A stretch of 64,000 nucleotides of DNA from an uncultured Clostridia bacterium (lineage in GTDB: Bacteria; Bacillota; Clostridia; Christensenellales; UBA1242), in contig CAKVGH010000004.1 of NCBI GenBank assembly GCA_934747255.1, positions 11,526 through 75,525 on the forward strand, read 5' to 3'. The translations under genes and the position numbers were made by a program. Each line of letters begins with the position of its first letter. The first letter of the stretch is position 1. This document shows, piece by piece, positions 45,529-55,047 of the stretch. Under the pieces are notes generated by a model, which was given only the letters and a program-made list of their open reading frames with translations, was not told the origin of the DNA and searched no databases.

Positions 45529-46074
45529 TTACGGTTCTATAATAACAATATCTATCTTTTGTTTTTTTGCGTAGTTAATTGTATTTTTTGTTCCACCATC
45601 TTGTCCATTAAATAAAGCAATTACAAGTGAAGAATTGTTAATCATATACTTATTTCGTTCCAAGTAACACGCATTACCAATAAAATGATTATAGATACAT
45701 CTAATACTATCAAGTTTTGCAAGCACTGATTTATATCTTAATTTATCTTTTTTACTCCAAAATTTTGCTTGCGTTTTGCAAGGTAAAGCACCAATAATTT
45801 TTATTTGTGTGTATTGTTTTTTTAATTCCAAAACTTGCTCCGCACAAATAATATCAAAACCTAATGCCATACCACAAATAAAAGTAGTATACCCTTTATT
45901 TATGGCATTTATTATTTGAGTTCTTAACTTTTCTTTCATTTTTAAGCAACGGTCATCTTGTTCATTAAAACCCCACGGTAAACTCTGTGGACGATGCCCA
46001 GTAAAACAACAAGTTTTTGCATTTAATTTTTTAATATAATATGATATTTCCTGTTTAATAATTTCACATTTCAT
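45529..46074 (-). CDS. DUF1273 / YpsA-like SLOG family protein, copy A
   Basis: 181 aa with CCFTGHRPQSLPWGF, FICGMALGFDIICAE and NGQDGGTKNTINYA. It is a clear paralogue of 62794-63294. Confidence 0.7.
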   Translation of the reverse strand: MKCEIIKQEISYYIKKLNAKTCCFTGHRPQSLPWGFNEQDDRCLKMKEKLRTQIINAINKGYTTFICGMALGFDIICAEQVLELKKQYTQIKIIGALPCKTQAKFWSKKDKLRYKSVLAKLDSIRCIYNHFIGNACYLERNKYMINNSSLVIALFNGQDGGTKNTINYAKKQKIDIVIIEP

Positions 46075-46224
46075 TATAAAATATATCCTTTGACTAATCT
46101 ATACTACATATAATATCAAATTTATTTTTAATTACAAAGCATTTTGGCTATTTTACACTACATAGTTTGAAATAGTCAAGATGGTAAAATATAAATAATA
46201 GAAAAAAGTAAAGGAGCAAAAATA

Positions 46225-46473
46225 ATGATTTCATTAAATTACGCTTTTTCTACTCGTGTGAGAGAAATCTTAAAAGAGAAAAAGATGACACAATATAAGT
46301 TAGAACAACTTACTGGAATATATCATAGTACTATGAATGCTATTATGAATGATAGATGTAAATCTTCAAACTTCAAAACAATGGCATTGATTATTAGGGA
46401 ACTTGGAATGAGTATTCCTGAATTTTTCAACAGTCCTATTTTTGCCGATTTTAATAATCTAGAAATTGACTAA
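46225..46473 (+). CDS. XRE-family helix-turn-helix regulator (tandem copy 1)
   Basis: 82 aa with HTH segment MTQYKLEQLTGIYHSTMNAIMN. AAGGAG upstream. Divergent from SLOG copy A. Confidence 0.75.
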   Translation: MISLNYAFSTRVREILKEKKMTQYKLEQLTGIYHSTMNAIMNDRCKSSNFKTMALIIRELGMSIPEFFNSPIFADFNNLEID

Positions 46474-46507
46474 AATTAAAAAATTATAAAACTTTTAGAA
46501 GGTTAAA

Positions 46508-46750
46508 ATGAAATTAAATAAAGCATTCGCATTAAGAGTTAAAGAAGTTTTGAAACAAAAGAAAATGACACAATACAAACTTGGTCAGTTAACTGGTTTG
46601 TACCACAGCACTATTACTGATATTTTGAATTGCAAATATAAAACTCCAAATTTTAAGAATATGGCTTTAATAATTCGTGAACTTGGTATGAGTATGCAGG
46701 AGTTTTTTGATAGTAGTGTTTTTGATTTTAATAAATTAGAAATAGAATAA
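46508..46750 (+). CDS. XRE-family helix-turn-helix regulator (tandem copy 2)
   Basis: 80 aa, roughly two thirds identical by eye to the preceding ORF (MTQYKLGQLTGLYHSTITDILN, NMALIIRELGMS). Confidence 0.75.
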   Translation: MKLNKAFALRVKEVLKQKKMTQYKLGQLTGLYHSTITDILNCKYKTPNFKNMALIIRELGMSMQEFFDSSVFDFNKLEIE

Positions 46751-46797
46751 AACCTTAATTTGAAAAACACCAAAAATGATTTTCAATCAAAGAATAA

Positions 46798-46832
46798 TAA
46801 AAAAAGCAGTATTTTATGTACTGCTATTTTTT
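46798..46832. terminator. Bidirectional terminator between XRE copy 2 and the SipL-like gene
   Basis: Hairpin agcagta-ttttatg-tactgct at 46805-46825, flanked by an A-run and a T-run. Confidence 0.7.
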
Positions 46833-46833
46833 A

Positions 46834-48348
46834 TTACTTATGTGCGAAGTAAACTATGCTTTGTGGAGCATCTAGTGGGAATACTGCTTCTGGGTTTTGA
46901 GCCACAATCATATCTTCCCTAACATTCAAGTGCTTTGCAATATCCCACAAACTAGCGCCTGCTGGTGCAAGGTAAATTTCGAGTGGATATGGATTTTGAG
47001 CAAGTTCTTCGGTCAAGACAATTTCCTTTACAAATGTCTGCGCTGTTTTTGAGTAGTTATTAACTCTAAACGAAATTTCGGCTTCAATTTCAATATCCTT
47101 GCCTTTCTTTGCCTTGGCAGTTATATCTACAACATCACCACCGACAAACAAGTCATCGCCTTCCTTAACGCCATCAACATCAAGGTTAATTGCAAATGGA
47201 ATTTCCACTGTAACACTATTTGTGGTTTCATCTTCGTCATCGGCTAAATAAACTACATTTGCTGTCAATATGCCTTCTACACTAACAGAGTTTTCTCCAC
47301 AAACTGCATTTGTAATGTTAAGATTAACTCCGCTAATCATTAAAATTTTGCCTATTCTAGCCATATTTTCGTTGATTTCCAAGTTGCCTTCAATGTGCTT
47401 ATTTGCAAGTGCAGAATTTTCGGCATTAACAAAATATGTGTCTGTAACAAGGTTTAATTTGTGAGTTAATGAATAGCAATCGCAAGGCAGAGTACATTCC
47501 ATTTTGTTTAGAACCACATATTTTACGCATACTGGAAATGTGGCTTTAAGGAAGTAGTTTTCATTCTCTTGATTTACCTGCAACGCTACTTCGTCATATT
47601 TAAGAGCAATGTTAGTTTCCAAAACGCTATCTTTGTTTACATTTTCAGCATCAATTTCTTCCTTAAATGGAATAGTCTCGCAGAAAGGTTTATACATTGT
47701 ATTTTCGCCGTCATTATAGCATAGATATGCTTTAACGTAAACTTCGCCATCTACGGTAAAATATCCTGTTCCACTTGTTACTTGCTTTACGCATATATTT
47801 GTTGATGTTAAAAGGACTTTATTTACTGGCTGTTTTAGTTCAAACTCATCTTCAACATTAAAAACTGCTTTACCCACATCTGTTTTTGTTGTTAAAAATT
47901 GTGTATCGCTTTTTACTAGCACATTGTCGTCTGTTGGAGCAAAGGCGTCAATAACAAAATTATCTAAAACATCAAGTGTGATTTCTAGTGTTGCTTGCAC
48001 TTTTACTTCCATAGAGTTTGCAGATAAAATTTGAACATCAACAACTTCTACCTTATATAAAGGTTCCATTGTGCTAGACAATGTGTTGTCTTCAAACTTT
48101 CCATTTACAGTCACTTTTTCATCAGCCGTGCAAATTTCCTTGCTTTGATTTAAGTAGCACAAAGTAAACTTGCTATTAACCTGATAGTTTGCTTCTCCAT
48201 TCAAAATTTCCATACTAGAAACATAGGCTTTGCCATCAACTCCCAAAACCTTTGCTATTTCTTCGTCATTTGTAGCCCTAATTGATAGTTCCACTGTGGT
48301 TTGAACATTGCCAACTTTTTTTCTGTAATTCGATGTAACTGTTTCCAT
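46834..48348 (-). CDS. DUF3794 + C-terminal LysM spore-coat assembly protein (SipL-like)
   Basis: 504 aa. The C-terminal LysM-like segment is LEIYLAPAGASLWDIAKHLNVREDMIVAQNP. The long beta-rich body resembles DUF3794 proteins such as clostridial SipL, as far as I remember them. Confidence 0.55.
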   Translation of the reverse strand: METVTSNYRKKVGNVQTTVELSIRATNDEEIAKVLGVDGKAYVSSMEILNGEANYQVNSKFTLCYLNQSKEICTADEKVTVNGKFEDNTLSSTMEPLYKVEVVDVQILSANSMEVKVQATLEITLDVLDNFVIDAFAPTDDNVLVKSDTQFLTTKTDVGKAVFNVEDEFELKQPVNKVLLTSTNICVKQVTSGTGYFTVDGEVYVKAYLCYNDGENTMYKPFCETIPFKEEIDAENVNKDSVLETNIALKYDEVALQVNQENENYFLKATFPVCVKYVVLNKMECTLPCDCYSLTHKLNLVTDTYFVNAENSALANKHIEGNLEINENMARIGKILMISGVNLNITNAVCGENSVSVEGILTANVVYLADDEDETTNSVTVEIPFAINLDVDGVKEGDDLFVGGDVVDITAKAKKGKDIEIEAEISFRVNNYSKTAQTFVKEIVLTEELAQNPYPLEIYLAPAGASLWDIAKHLNVREDMIVAQNPEAVFPLDAPQSIVYFAHK

Positions 48349-48420
48349 TAAAATCCTCCTAATACATAGTTACTAATATTTTATAAGCGTGAAAACAAAA
48401 ATATTACTAGAATTTTAAGA

Positions 48421-48450
48421 AAAACAAAAAAGGGACTAAATTTGTCCCCT
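48421..48450 (-). terminator. Terminator after veg
   Basis: Minus-strand RNA GGGGAC-AAAUUUA-GUCCCU followed by UUUUUUGUUUU, directly after the veg stop at 48451. Confidence 0.6.
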
Positions 48451-48690
48451 TTATTCTCTTGGATAGATTTTAACATTACCGCAAAGCACTTCGCTGTAAG
48501 CATAACTCAAAGTTTTAAGCGGATTTGGTTCGATCGCTTCTACCGTAAAAACGCTTGGATACGCAGCCACCACTTCGGCACTAAATTTTATAATATGTTT
48601 TCTGCCTTTATTGACCGCCATATCGACAGTTTTGCCTTTTAGTTTTGCAATTTCTTCTTTTAATTTTATTACTGATTTAATATTATTCAT
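48451..48690 (-). CDS. veg: Veg protein (DUF1021)
   Basis: 79 aa. IKLKEEIAKLKGKTVDMAVNKGRKHIIKFSAEVVAAYPSVFTVE parallels B. subtilis Veg (L..NLGKRLTLKANGGRRK..ERSGIL.ETYPSVF). Confidence 0.8.
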   Translation of the reverse strand: MNNIKSVIKLKEEIAKLKGKTVDMAVNKGRKHIIKFSAEVVAAYPSVFTVEAIEPNPLKTLSYAYSEVLCGNVKIYPRE

Positions 48691-48723
48691 ATAAAGATTA
48701 TAAACATTTATTTTTTAATTAAA

Positions 48724-48750
48724 CAAAAAAAATCAGCACTGGGCTGATTT
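48724..48750 (-). terminator. Terminator after the acidic zinc-ribbon gene
   Basis: Hairpin aatcagc-actgg-gctgatt at 48731-48749, followed on the minus strand by U8. Confidence 0.7.
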
Positions 48751-48820
48751 TTAATTTTATTTTCTATTGTTAATAATAAATACACATAAGCAATAATATT
48801 AAACTAAATAATTGAATGAA

Positions 48821-49399
48821 TTACTTTTTCTTTTTTGGCATTAAATTATCAAGATATTCATCATCGTCATCGGCTAAATCATCATCAAGGTCGTCATCAT
48901 CTTCGTCTTCATCGTAATCATCATCAAGGTCGTCATCGTTTAGGTCATCATCGTCAGCCGAAAAATCTTCGTCATCGTCAAAAGACTCATCATCGTCATC
49001 ATCGCCAAAGTCACTATCGTCCAAATCTTCGTCATCAAGTGGAATGTCGTCTAAAAGTTCGTCTTCGTCTTGAATTGAACTCATGTCGCCGATTTCGTCA
49101 GTTTCAGTTTCAGTATCGTCATTTTCAACATAACTTCTCCAAGTATCGTCTGCGTCACTTTCTGTATGACTTTGACCGCCTTGTTGAACTTCCATTTCCT
49201 TTGCACACATTGGGCACATTTCTTCGTCTTCGTTTATAACATTGATTTTACAAATTGGACAAATTCCTTGTTCAACTTCTTCTTCCTCGTGATTATGAGA
49301 AGCACTTAATTCCATTTTACAAACTTTGCAAAGTTTTTCTTTTTTATCAATATAATTTAGTTCACAACGTGGACATCTAATATACTCTATTTTTGCCAT
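48821..49399 (-). CDS. Double zinc-ribbon protein with extreme poly-acidic C-terminal half
   Basis: 192 aa with CPRC...CKVC and CPIC...CPMC. About 100 residues follow that are almost entirely D/E (DDDDDESFDDDEDFSADDDDLNDDDLDDDYDEDEDDDDLDDD), ending in KKKK. Confidence 0.65.
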   Translation of the reverse strand: MAKIEYIRCPRCELNYIDKKEKLCKVCKMELSASHNHEEEEVEQGICPICKINVINEDEEMCPMCAKEMEVQQGGQSHTESDADDTWRSYVENDDTETETDEIGDMSSIQDEDELLDDIPLDDEDLDDSDFGDDDDDESFDDDEDFSADDDDLNDDDLDDDYDEDEDDDDLDDDLADDDDEYLDNLMPKKKK

Positions 49400-49487
49400 T
49401 TAATTACTCCTAAAAACTATAATCGCTATAAGTATATTAGTTAATTTGCATCTTGTCTACTATTTTTATGCAATTTTTTTGAAAATT

Positions 49488-50258
49488 TTATACACCTTCA
49501 AGTAACATTTTGTCAGCAACCAAAGCGATAAATTCTCCATTGGTTGGTTTTTCATTATTTGAGTAAACTTTTATTCCAAAAAGGGTATTTATATTTTCAA
49601 TTTTTCCCCTATTCCACGCAACTTCAATAGCGTGACGAATGGCTCTTTCCACCTTGCTTGGAGTGGTTTCAAACTTTTCAGCAATTGATGGATATAATTT
49701 TTTGGTTATGGAGTTTATAATTTCTGGATTATCAATCGCCATTTTAATGGCTTCTCTTAAAAACTGATATCCTTTGATATGGGCAGGAATACCAACCGTT
49801 ATAAAGATGTTGGTAATTTTTTCTTCTAGGGCTTTTAATTGGCTTTTATCGGCTTTAACAGTCAAAACTGATGCATTATCATCTAGCATTGAACCAGAAA
49901 CAATTTCTTCCACCCTCTTTGAAAGTATATCTATGTTGTATGGTTTAATCATATAATAACTAGCGCCCATATTCATACTTTTTTGAATGAATCCATCTTG
50001 GCTTAATGCGGATAACACAATTACTTTTACACTACTATAATTATCTTTCAATTTTTGCAAAAATTCAAAGCCATCAACTCCTTTTAGAATAAGGTCTGTT
50101 ATTACACAATCTGGCTTTTGATTTTTAATTATTTCAAAGGCTTCATCTGCTGTTTGACAAATTCCCAAAACTTCAACATTAGATTTCTTTTGTAAATCGC
50201 TACTTAAACATTTGCTCGCTTCTAGATTATCATCAACAATTATTATTTTTGTGCTCAC
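49488..50258 (-). CDS. spo0A: Stage 0 sporulation protein A
   Basis: Receiver domain ([23 protein letters not shown]) plus the Spo0A C-terminal DNA-binding domain ([20 protein letters not shown]). GTG start at 50258 with GGAG 9 nt upstream. Confidence 0.9.
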   Translation of the reverse strand: MSTKIIIVDDNLEASKCLSSDLQKKSNVEVLGICQTADEAFEIIKNQKPDCVITDLILKGVDGFEFLQKLKDNYSSVKVIVLSALSQDGFIQKSMNMGASYYMIKPYNIDILSKRVEEIVSGSMLDDNASVLTVKADKSQLKALEEKITNIFITVGIPAHIKGYQFLREAIKMAIDNPEIINSITKKLYPSIAEKFETTPSKVERAIRHAIEVAWNRGKIENINTLFGIKVYSNNEKPTNGEFIALVADKMLLEGV

Positions 50259-50354
50259 GATATATTTCTCCTTTTGTCATTTAATTATCTTGACAAGAAA
50301 ATGTTAGCACAATTTGGCGCATTATTCAAAGTTTTGAAAAAATAAAAAGTATTG

Positions 50355-50396
50355 TGCCGACACTATTTTTGGTTGAAATTGTATAATATTGTCGAA
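50355..50396. promoter_or_regulatory. Candidate Spo0A boxes upstream of spo0A
   Basis: Perfect TGTCGAA at 50390-50396 and near-consensus TGCCGAC at 50355-50361, both written on the plus strand. They lie about 100-140 nt upstream of the spo0A start. Confidence 0.35.
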
Positions 50397-50434
50397 TATA
50401 GTCTAAATAATATACTTTTGCCTTTTTTGAACAT

Positions 50435-50466
50435 AAAAAAACATATCAATTTGATATGTTTTTTTA
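50435..50466. terminator. Bidirectional terminator after the 464-aa lipoprotein gene
   Basis: 9-bp hairpin aacatatca-att-tgatatgtt at 50440-50460, flanked by an A-run and a T-run. Confidence 0.7.
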
Positions 50467-50505
50467 GATTTTTTATTAGTGTTTTAACTGAATTTTTATA
50501 CTAAA

Positions 50506-51900
50506 TTATTTTTCTTCTTCCACTTTAATATGGTCTTTAATTACCTTTCCAACTAACTTACATTCAAAATCTTCGCTTAAAGTTGTATCAATTCTAACAA
50601 GGTAGTAACCAACATTCTTGTCGTCTTTTTTGTATTCTTTGAATACATAAACATACTTACCATCAAAGTCGATATTGTTTGTCATTGTGAAAGATAATGT
50701 GTCTGTTTCCTTATATGTTAATTTTACAAGTACTTTTGTTTTATAGTTAATCTTGTAAAGTTCGTTGTCAGCATTGTAAGCATAGATATCATCGCCATAT
50801 ACAGCAAGTGGAGTAAGTTTAACTTCTTCTGTCAAAACTTCAAATTCTGGCAATCCACCAGCAACTGGTTTGATATATGTTAAATATCCACTAGCATTTT
50901 GTGTAAGCATACCGCGGTAATTTCCGCCTTCAAAATTCAATACAAATACTGCGTTATCAAATGCTTGATATGAAATTTGCTTTTCGTTTGCAACATCGAT
51001 ATTTGCCTTGTTTTCACCTTCTGCTGACTTGTAATCAGCCATATAAAAGTATGCACCTTTATCGTTTGTAAGTTTTTTTGTATAGAATAACTTGTCTTGT
51101 TTGATTGTCTTAACAACATAAGTTGCATTTTTGCTAATTACAACTTCTTCCATAGACTTAATGCCGATGTAAGCCATAATATTGCCTTGTGAAACTTCTC
51201 CGTCATCGTCATTAGCACTTCTTGTATAGTAAACATTATTTTCTGCTTCGTTTACCGATATAGAATCAATGACTGGCATTGCTACGCTTGAAACCTTTTC
51301 AATTATCTTTTGGTCGTTTGTGTTTGTGTTTACAATAACCAAGTTTGCAGTATCGTATACTACCAAATAAACTACTTCGTCAATTTCGTAAAAAGCGAAA
51401 GAAAACTTATCAGAAGATACAGTTGTTGTGTAAATTCTGTTTACATTTGTTCCATCAAGATTTGAATAGAAGAATGCTGTCTTTTTGAAATCAAGATTTC
51501 CTTGTGTGTCTTTTTCTGCATTAGGTGTCGCATAATAAATCTTATCGCCGAAAATATAGAAACCACCATTGTCGATACCAACAACTTTTGGAGCAAGAAT
51601 TTCTGCTTGCAAAATTCCACCTTCGTCATAAATTAGTTCGCCATTTTCGTCTAACTTTGTTCTGTATAAAGCAGAGTAATCAGCCACGCCAAATGCGTTG
51701 TCGTTGTTAGTTAAATCGCCGGCTTTTTTATATCCATTTGTAAAATACAAGTAACTGCCTTTTATAACAATTCTGTTTCCGTTGCTAGTAACTGGATCTG
51801 ATTTGCTTGGTCCACCTATTAGAGCCTGAAAGCCACAACCTGTAAACATAAGTATTCCAACAAGAAAAACAACGGCTATACTCAATAATTTCTTTTTCAT
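50506..51900 (-). CDS. Putative lipoprotein with repeated Tyr-rich beta-propeller-like motifs
   Basis: Signal and lipobox MKKKLLSIAVVFLVGILMFTGC. Motifs of the type G.YLYFTNG, GDKIYYATP, NNVYYTRS and DKLFYTKK recur. A DUF5050-like fold is suspected only. Confidence 0.5.
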   Translation of the reverse strand: MKKKLLSIAVVFLVGILMFTGCGFQALIGGPSKSDPVTSNGNRIVIKGSYLYFTNGYKKAGDLTNNDNAFGVADYSALYRTKLDENGELIYDEGGILQAEILAPKVVGIDNGGFYIFGDKIYYATPNAEKDTQGNLDFKKTAFFYSNLDGTNVNRIYTTTVSSDKFSFAFYEIDEVVYLVVYDTANLVIVNTNTNDQKIIEKVSSVAMPVIDSISVNEAENNVYYTRSANDDDGEVSQGNIMAYIGIKSMEEVVISKNATYVVKTIKQDKLFYTKKLTNDKGAYFYMADYKSAEGENKANIDVANEKQISYQAFDNAVFVLNFEGGNYRGMLTQNASGYLTYIKPVAGGLPEFEVLTEEVKLTPLAVYGDDIYAYNADNELYKINYKTKVLVKLTYKETDTLSFTMTNNIDFDGKYVYVFKEYKKDDKNVGYYLVRIDTTLSEDFECKLVGKVIKDHIKVEEEK

Positions 51901-52043
51901 TTTTTTCTCCCATAAAAATAAATTCTAGATAGAGTTTATCATTTTGTATAATTATAGTCAAATCAATCACAAAAAAAACTTAAAATCTTGAAAGAAAAAT
52001 ATTGTCTTAATGGCAATATTTCTCATTTACATATTATTTTTAA

Positions 52044-53234
52044 TTAAATTATTTCAACCATAATATTTTCGCCCGTTTTGGCGTCTTGATAAGTTAGCCA
52101 ATAACCTTTGGAAAGATAGTTTTCAGGGTCAACAGGAAGCCACTGACAGTAGCCTTCGAGTTCCTTTGGCGGAACATCTTTATACTCGCTTGGAACACCA
52201 TAACACAAGCATTTTTCCACCCCGCCTTCATAAATCACGCCAAACACATAATAGTCATCTCCGTTTTCCACTCTACAAAATTTGCTGTCAGGAATAATGT
52301 TTTCGAGAACTTTCTCAGGTTCTTTGTCTTGAAACATCTTTTCTACTTGCCCACTAACTTTACTAAAAAAACTTTCTCGTTTTGGCTTAATGTAATCGTT
52401 AGATTTTTTATCGTCTTCTGTTTCTGCGTAAACCTTGTCGATATAACTTTCCAGCATTTCATCTTCAAAAACTTCTTCTTGTTTTGAAGCAATTTGACTA
52501 TTATATTCTTGACTATTTTTTGATAGTTCAATATTTTCATTTTGATTTAAGACAGAATTTGTGTTTTTTATGTTTTGATTATCAAAAAGGTTTTTAATTT
52601 TTTGAAAATTAAAGTTATTACCTATATTATCGTCAAAAGGACTATCATTTTGTTTGCTAAATACTTTTTCGTTATCCGCAAAATTTACATCTTGATTATT
52701 CATTTGAGAATGTATTGATGCACTCAATCCACTGCTACTCATTTTATCGCTATTTGTTTGCAAAAACTTTTCCTTAACCGAACCAATAATATCACTTGCC
52801 TGTTTCATAAAGGTTTTTTCCTGACTGTCCATAATATTTGCTTTTTCGATTAACGATTGGATTTCAAAAGAATTTTCACTTGCTTTTGTAATTTTTGTTG
52901 AACCCCAAAGCAAAGTGCTATATGACTTGTTTTGCAAACTAACAATCACGCAACTAACCTTGTTTGAAACTTCACACTCGCCATTTATTTGAATTTTTAA
53001 GTTAGACAACTCGCCAACTGATGCTTTTGTTTTGAAAATATTATCGCCCACAGCAATGCCAACTTCGTATACTTCGTTTGTTTTTTTAAGATTAAAACAT
53101 CTTAAACTGCCAACAACTTTATTGTCATAGTATTCTAGCGACAAAATACCTTTTTGATTGCTGTTGCCGTCATATTCGGCTGGAATTAAAATAATGTTTT
53201 TCTTTATGATATTGTTTCTTGAATAATTTTCCAT
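52044..53234 (-). CDS. Hypothetical protein (396 aa)
   Basis: GGTGA ribosome-binding site. The central region is Asn/Gln/Ser-rich. The C-terminal segment is DDYYVFGVIYEGGVEKCLCYGVPSEY...GYWLTYQDAKTGE. I recognise no motif. Confidence 0.5.
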   Translation of the reverse strand: MENYSRNNIIKKNIILIPAEYDGNSNQKGILSLEYYDNKVVGSLRCFNLKKTNEVYEVGIAVGDNIFKTKASVGELSNLKIQINGECEVSNKVSCVIVSLQNKSYSTLLWGSTKITKASENSFEIQSLIEKANIMDSQEKTFMKQASDIIGSVKEKFLQTNSDKMSSSGLSASIHSQMNNQDVNFADNEKVFSKQNDSPFDDNIGNNFNFQKIKNLFDNQNIKNTNSVLNQNENIELSKNSQEYNSQIASKQEEVFEDEMLESYIDKVYAETEDDKKSNDYIKPKRESFFSKVSGQVEKMFQDKEPEKVLENIIPDSKFCRVENGDDYYVFGVIYEGGVEKCLCYGVPSEYKDVPPKELEGYCQWLPVDPENYLSKGYWLTYQDAKTGENIMVEII

Positions 53235-53440
53235 ACTTCACCTATAACTATATTTTATATGCAAAAAACAAAAATTGTTAGCACAAAATTTGAACAAAAA
53301 AAACAACAAATGCACTAATTTGTCGTTTTTTATTAAAATTGATAGGTTTTTTTAGATTTATTTTAATTTTCTTACTCTTAATAGTTGATTTTTCCACAAT
53401 AAACAATGATTTCCGTTATTAAGAATTAGTATCAATAATT

Positions 53441-54274
53441 TTAGTATAAATCGCAAATGGCATTTGATAGCGCCACAAATTGCTCGGTTGACAAAACTTC
53501 ACCTCGAACACCAATATGCAAGCCTATTTGGTCAAAGACTTTTTCTATTTGTTCTTGCGATAAAGATAGTTTCGCTTTTAAGCAATTAACCAGAGTTTTT
53601 CTACGCATTGAAAAAGCGCTTTCAATGACCTTTTCGTGCAAAGGATAATTTTTAATATTGTACTTTTTGCGATTTAATGAAATGCTAACTATTGCACTAT
53701 CAACCTTTGGCATTGGTGTAAACATTTTTTTATTTACTATTCGTTTTAATTTAACATCTGCAATGCTATCTAGCCATACTGTTATTGCGCCGTAATCTTT
53801 TGTACCGCTTTCGCTAACCAATCTGTCTGCAACTTCTTTTTGCACCATTATAGTTATGCTTTTTACATTATACTTTTCCTTAATTAGTCTTGTTATAATA
53901 GGCGTTGTAATATAGTAAGGCAAATTTGCCACAACCTTAAATGCTCCGTCAAATTGTTTATTTACTTCCTGTGGAGAAACCTTCATAAAATCAGCAAAGA
54001 ACAAATTTATGTTGCTATAATCATTAAAAGCCGAGTAAAGATACTCTCTCAAACTATTATCAATTTCTAGGCTAACAACTTTTTTGCATTTTTTTGCTAT
54101 TGCTTTTGTTAAAGTTCCTGCTCCTGTTCCTATCTCCAAAACTTCGTCTTGACTATCAATTTCGGCATCTAAAACTATTGCGTCTAGCAAGTTTGTGTCC
54201 GTAATAAAATTCTGTCCAAACTTTTTTTTGAAATCAAAGCCAGTTTGTTTTAATGTATCTAATATTTTTTCCAT
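53441..54274 (-). CDS. rsmA: 16S rRNA (adenine1518/1519-N6)-dimethyltransferase RsmA/KsgA
   Basis: 277 aa with FGQNFITD, the SAM site EIGTGAGTLT, and NLPYYITTPI. Confidence 0.9.
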   Translation of the reverse strand: MEKILDTLKQTGFDFKKKFGQNFITDTNLLDAIVLDAEIDSQDEVLEIGTGAGTLTKAIAKKCKKVVSLEIDNSLREYLYSAFNDYSNINLFFADFMKVSPQEVNKQFDGAFKVVANLPYYITTPIITRLIKEKYNVKSITIMVQKEVADRLVSESGTKDYGAITVWLDSIADVKLKRIVNKKMFTPMPKVDSAIVSISLNRKKYNIKNYPLHEKVIESAFSMRRKTLVNCLKAKLSLSQEQIEKVFDQIGLHIGVRGEVLSTEQFVALSNAICDLY

Positions 54275-55047
54275 TATCTTTCCATTTTTCCAAATACTTT
54301 ATATGTGTTATCAAGTAAGATTTTTTCTAGCGACTTTCTATCCATTTGTCTAATATCTGCAAGTTTTTGAACAACATAGTTTACATATTTAGGCTCGTTT
54401 CTTTCGCCCCTATGTGGTTCTGGACAAAGCCAAGGTGCATCGGTTTCGACAACAATTTTATCAAGCGGAAGTTTACCTGCAACTTCTACACTTTTTCGTG
54501 CGTTCTTAAAGGTCAAAACACCACCAAAAGCAACTACAAAGCCAAGTTTAATTACTTCACAAGCAAACTCATAACTACCGCTAAAACAATGAATAATACC
54601 ACCGTCTGTTAATATACTTTTATTTGCTTTTAGTATATTGAGCAAATCTTCGTAAGCGTCCCTAACATGAATAACAACAGGCAAATGCTTTTCGTGAGCA
54701 ATTTGAAGTTGCCTTACAAAAACTTGCTTTTGTTTTTCCTTGTCTATATTGTCATAATGATAATCAAGTCCAATTTCGCCAATAGCAACAACTTTTGGGT
54801 TATCACAAGCGTTAGTGAGAAATTGTATCACTTCGTCATTAAAGGAATCAATATCTTCTGGGTGAATACCAACCATTGCATAAATATCTTTATATTTATT
54901 TGCAAGTTCCACTGCTCTTTTTGAGCCAATATAGTCGGCACTTGCACACACTATTTTTTCAAGATTATCTTGCTTCATTTCAGTGATAATTCTATTCAAA
55001 TCTGTGTATATTTCGTCATTTATATGAGAATGCGTATCAATTACCAT
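54274..55047 (-). CDS. TatD family metal-dependent hydrolase
   Basis: MVIDTHSHIN, GEIGLDYHY, VIHVRDA, IHCFSG and ETDAPWL. I start it at ATG 55047, which overlaps the metG stop by 1 nt, rather than the track start 55098. Confidence 0.85.
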   Translation of the reverse strand: MVIDTHSHINDEIYTDLNRIITEMKQDNLEKIVCASADYIGSKRAVELANKYKDIYAMVGIHPEDIDSFNDEVIQFLTNACDNPKVVAIGEIGLDYHYDNIDKEKQKQVFVRQLQIAHEKHLPVVIHVRDAYEDLLNILKANKSILTDGGIIHCFSGSYEFACEVIKLGFVVAFGGVLTFKNARKSVEVAGKLPLDKIVVETDAPWLCPEPHRGERNEPKYVNYVVQKLADIRQMDRKSLEKILLDNTYKVFGKMER

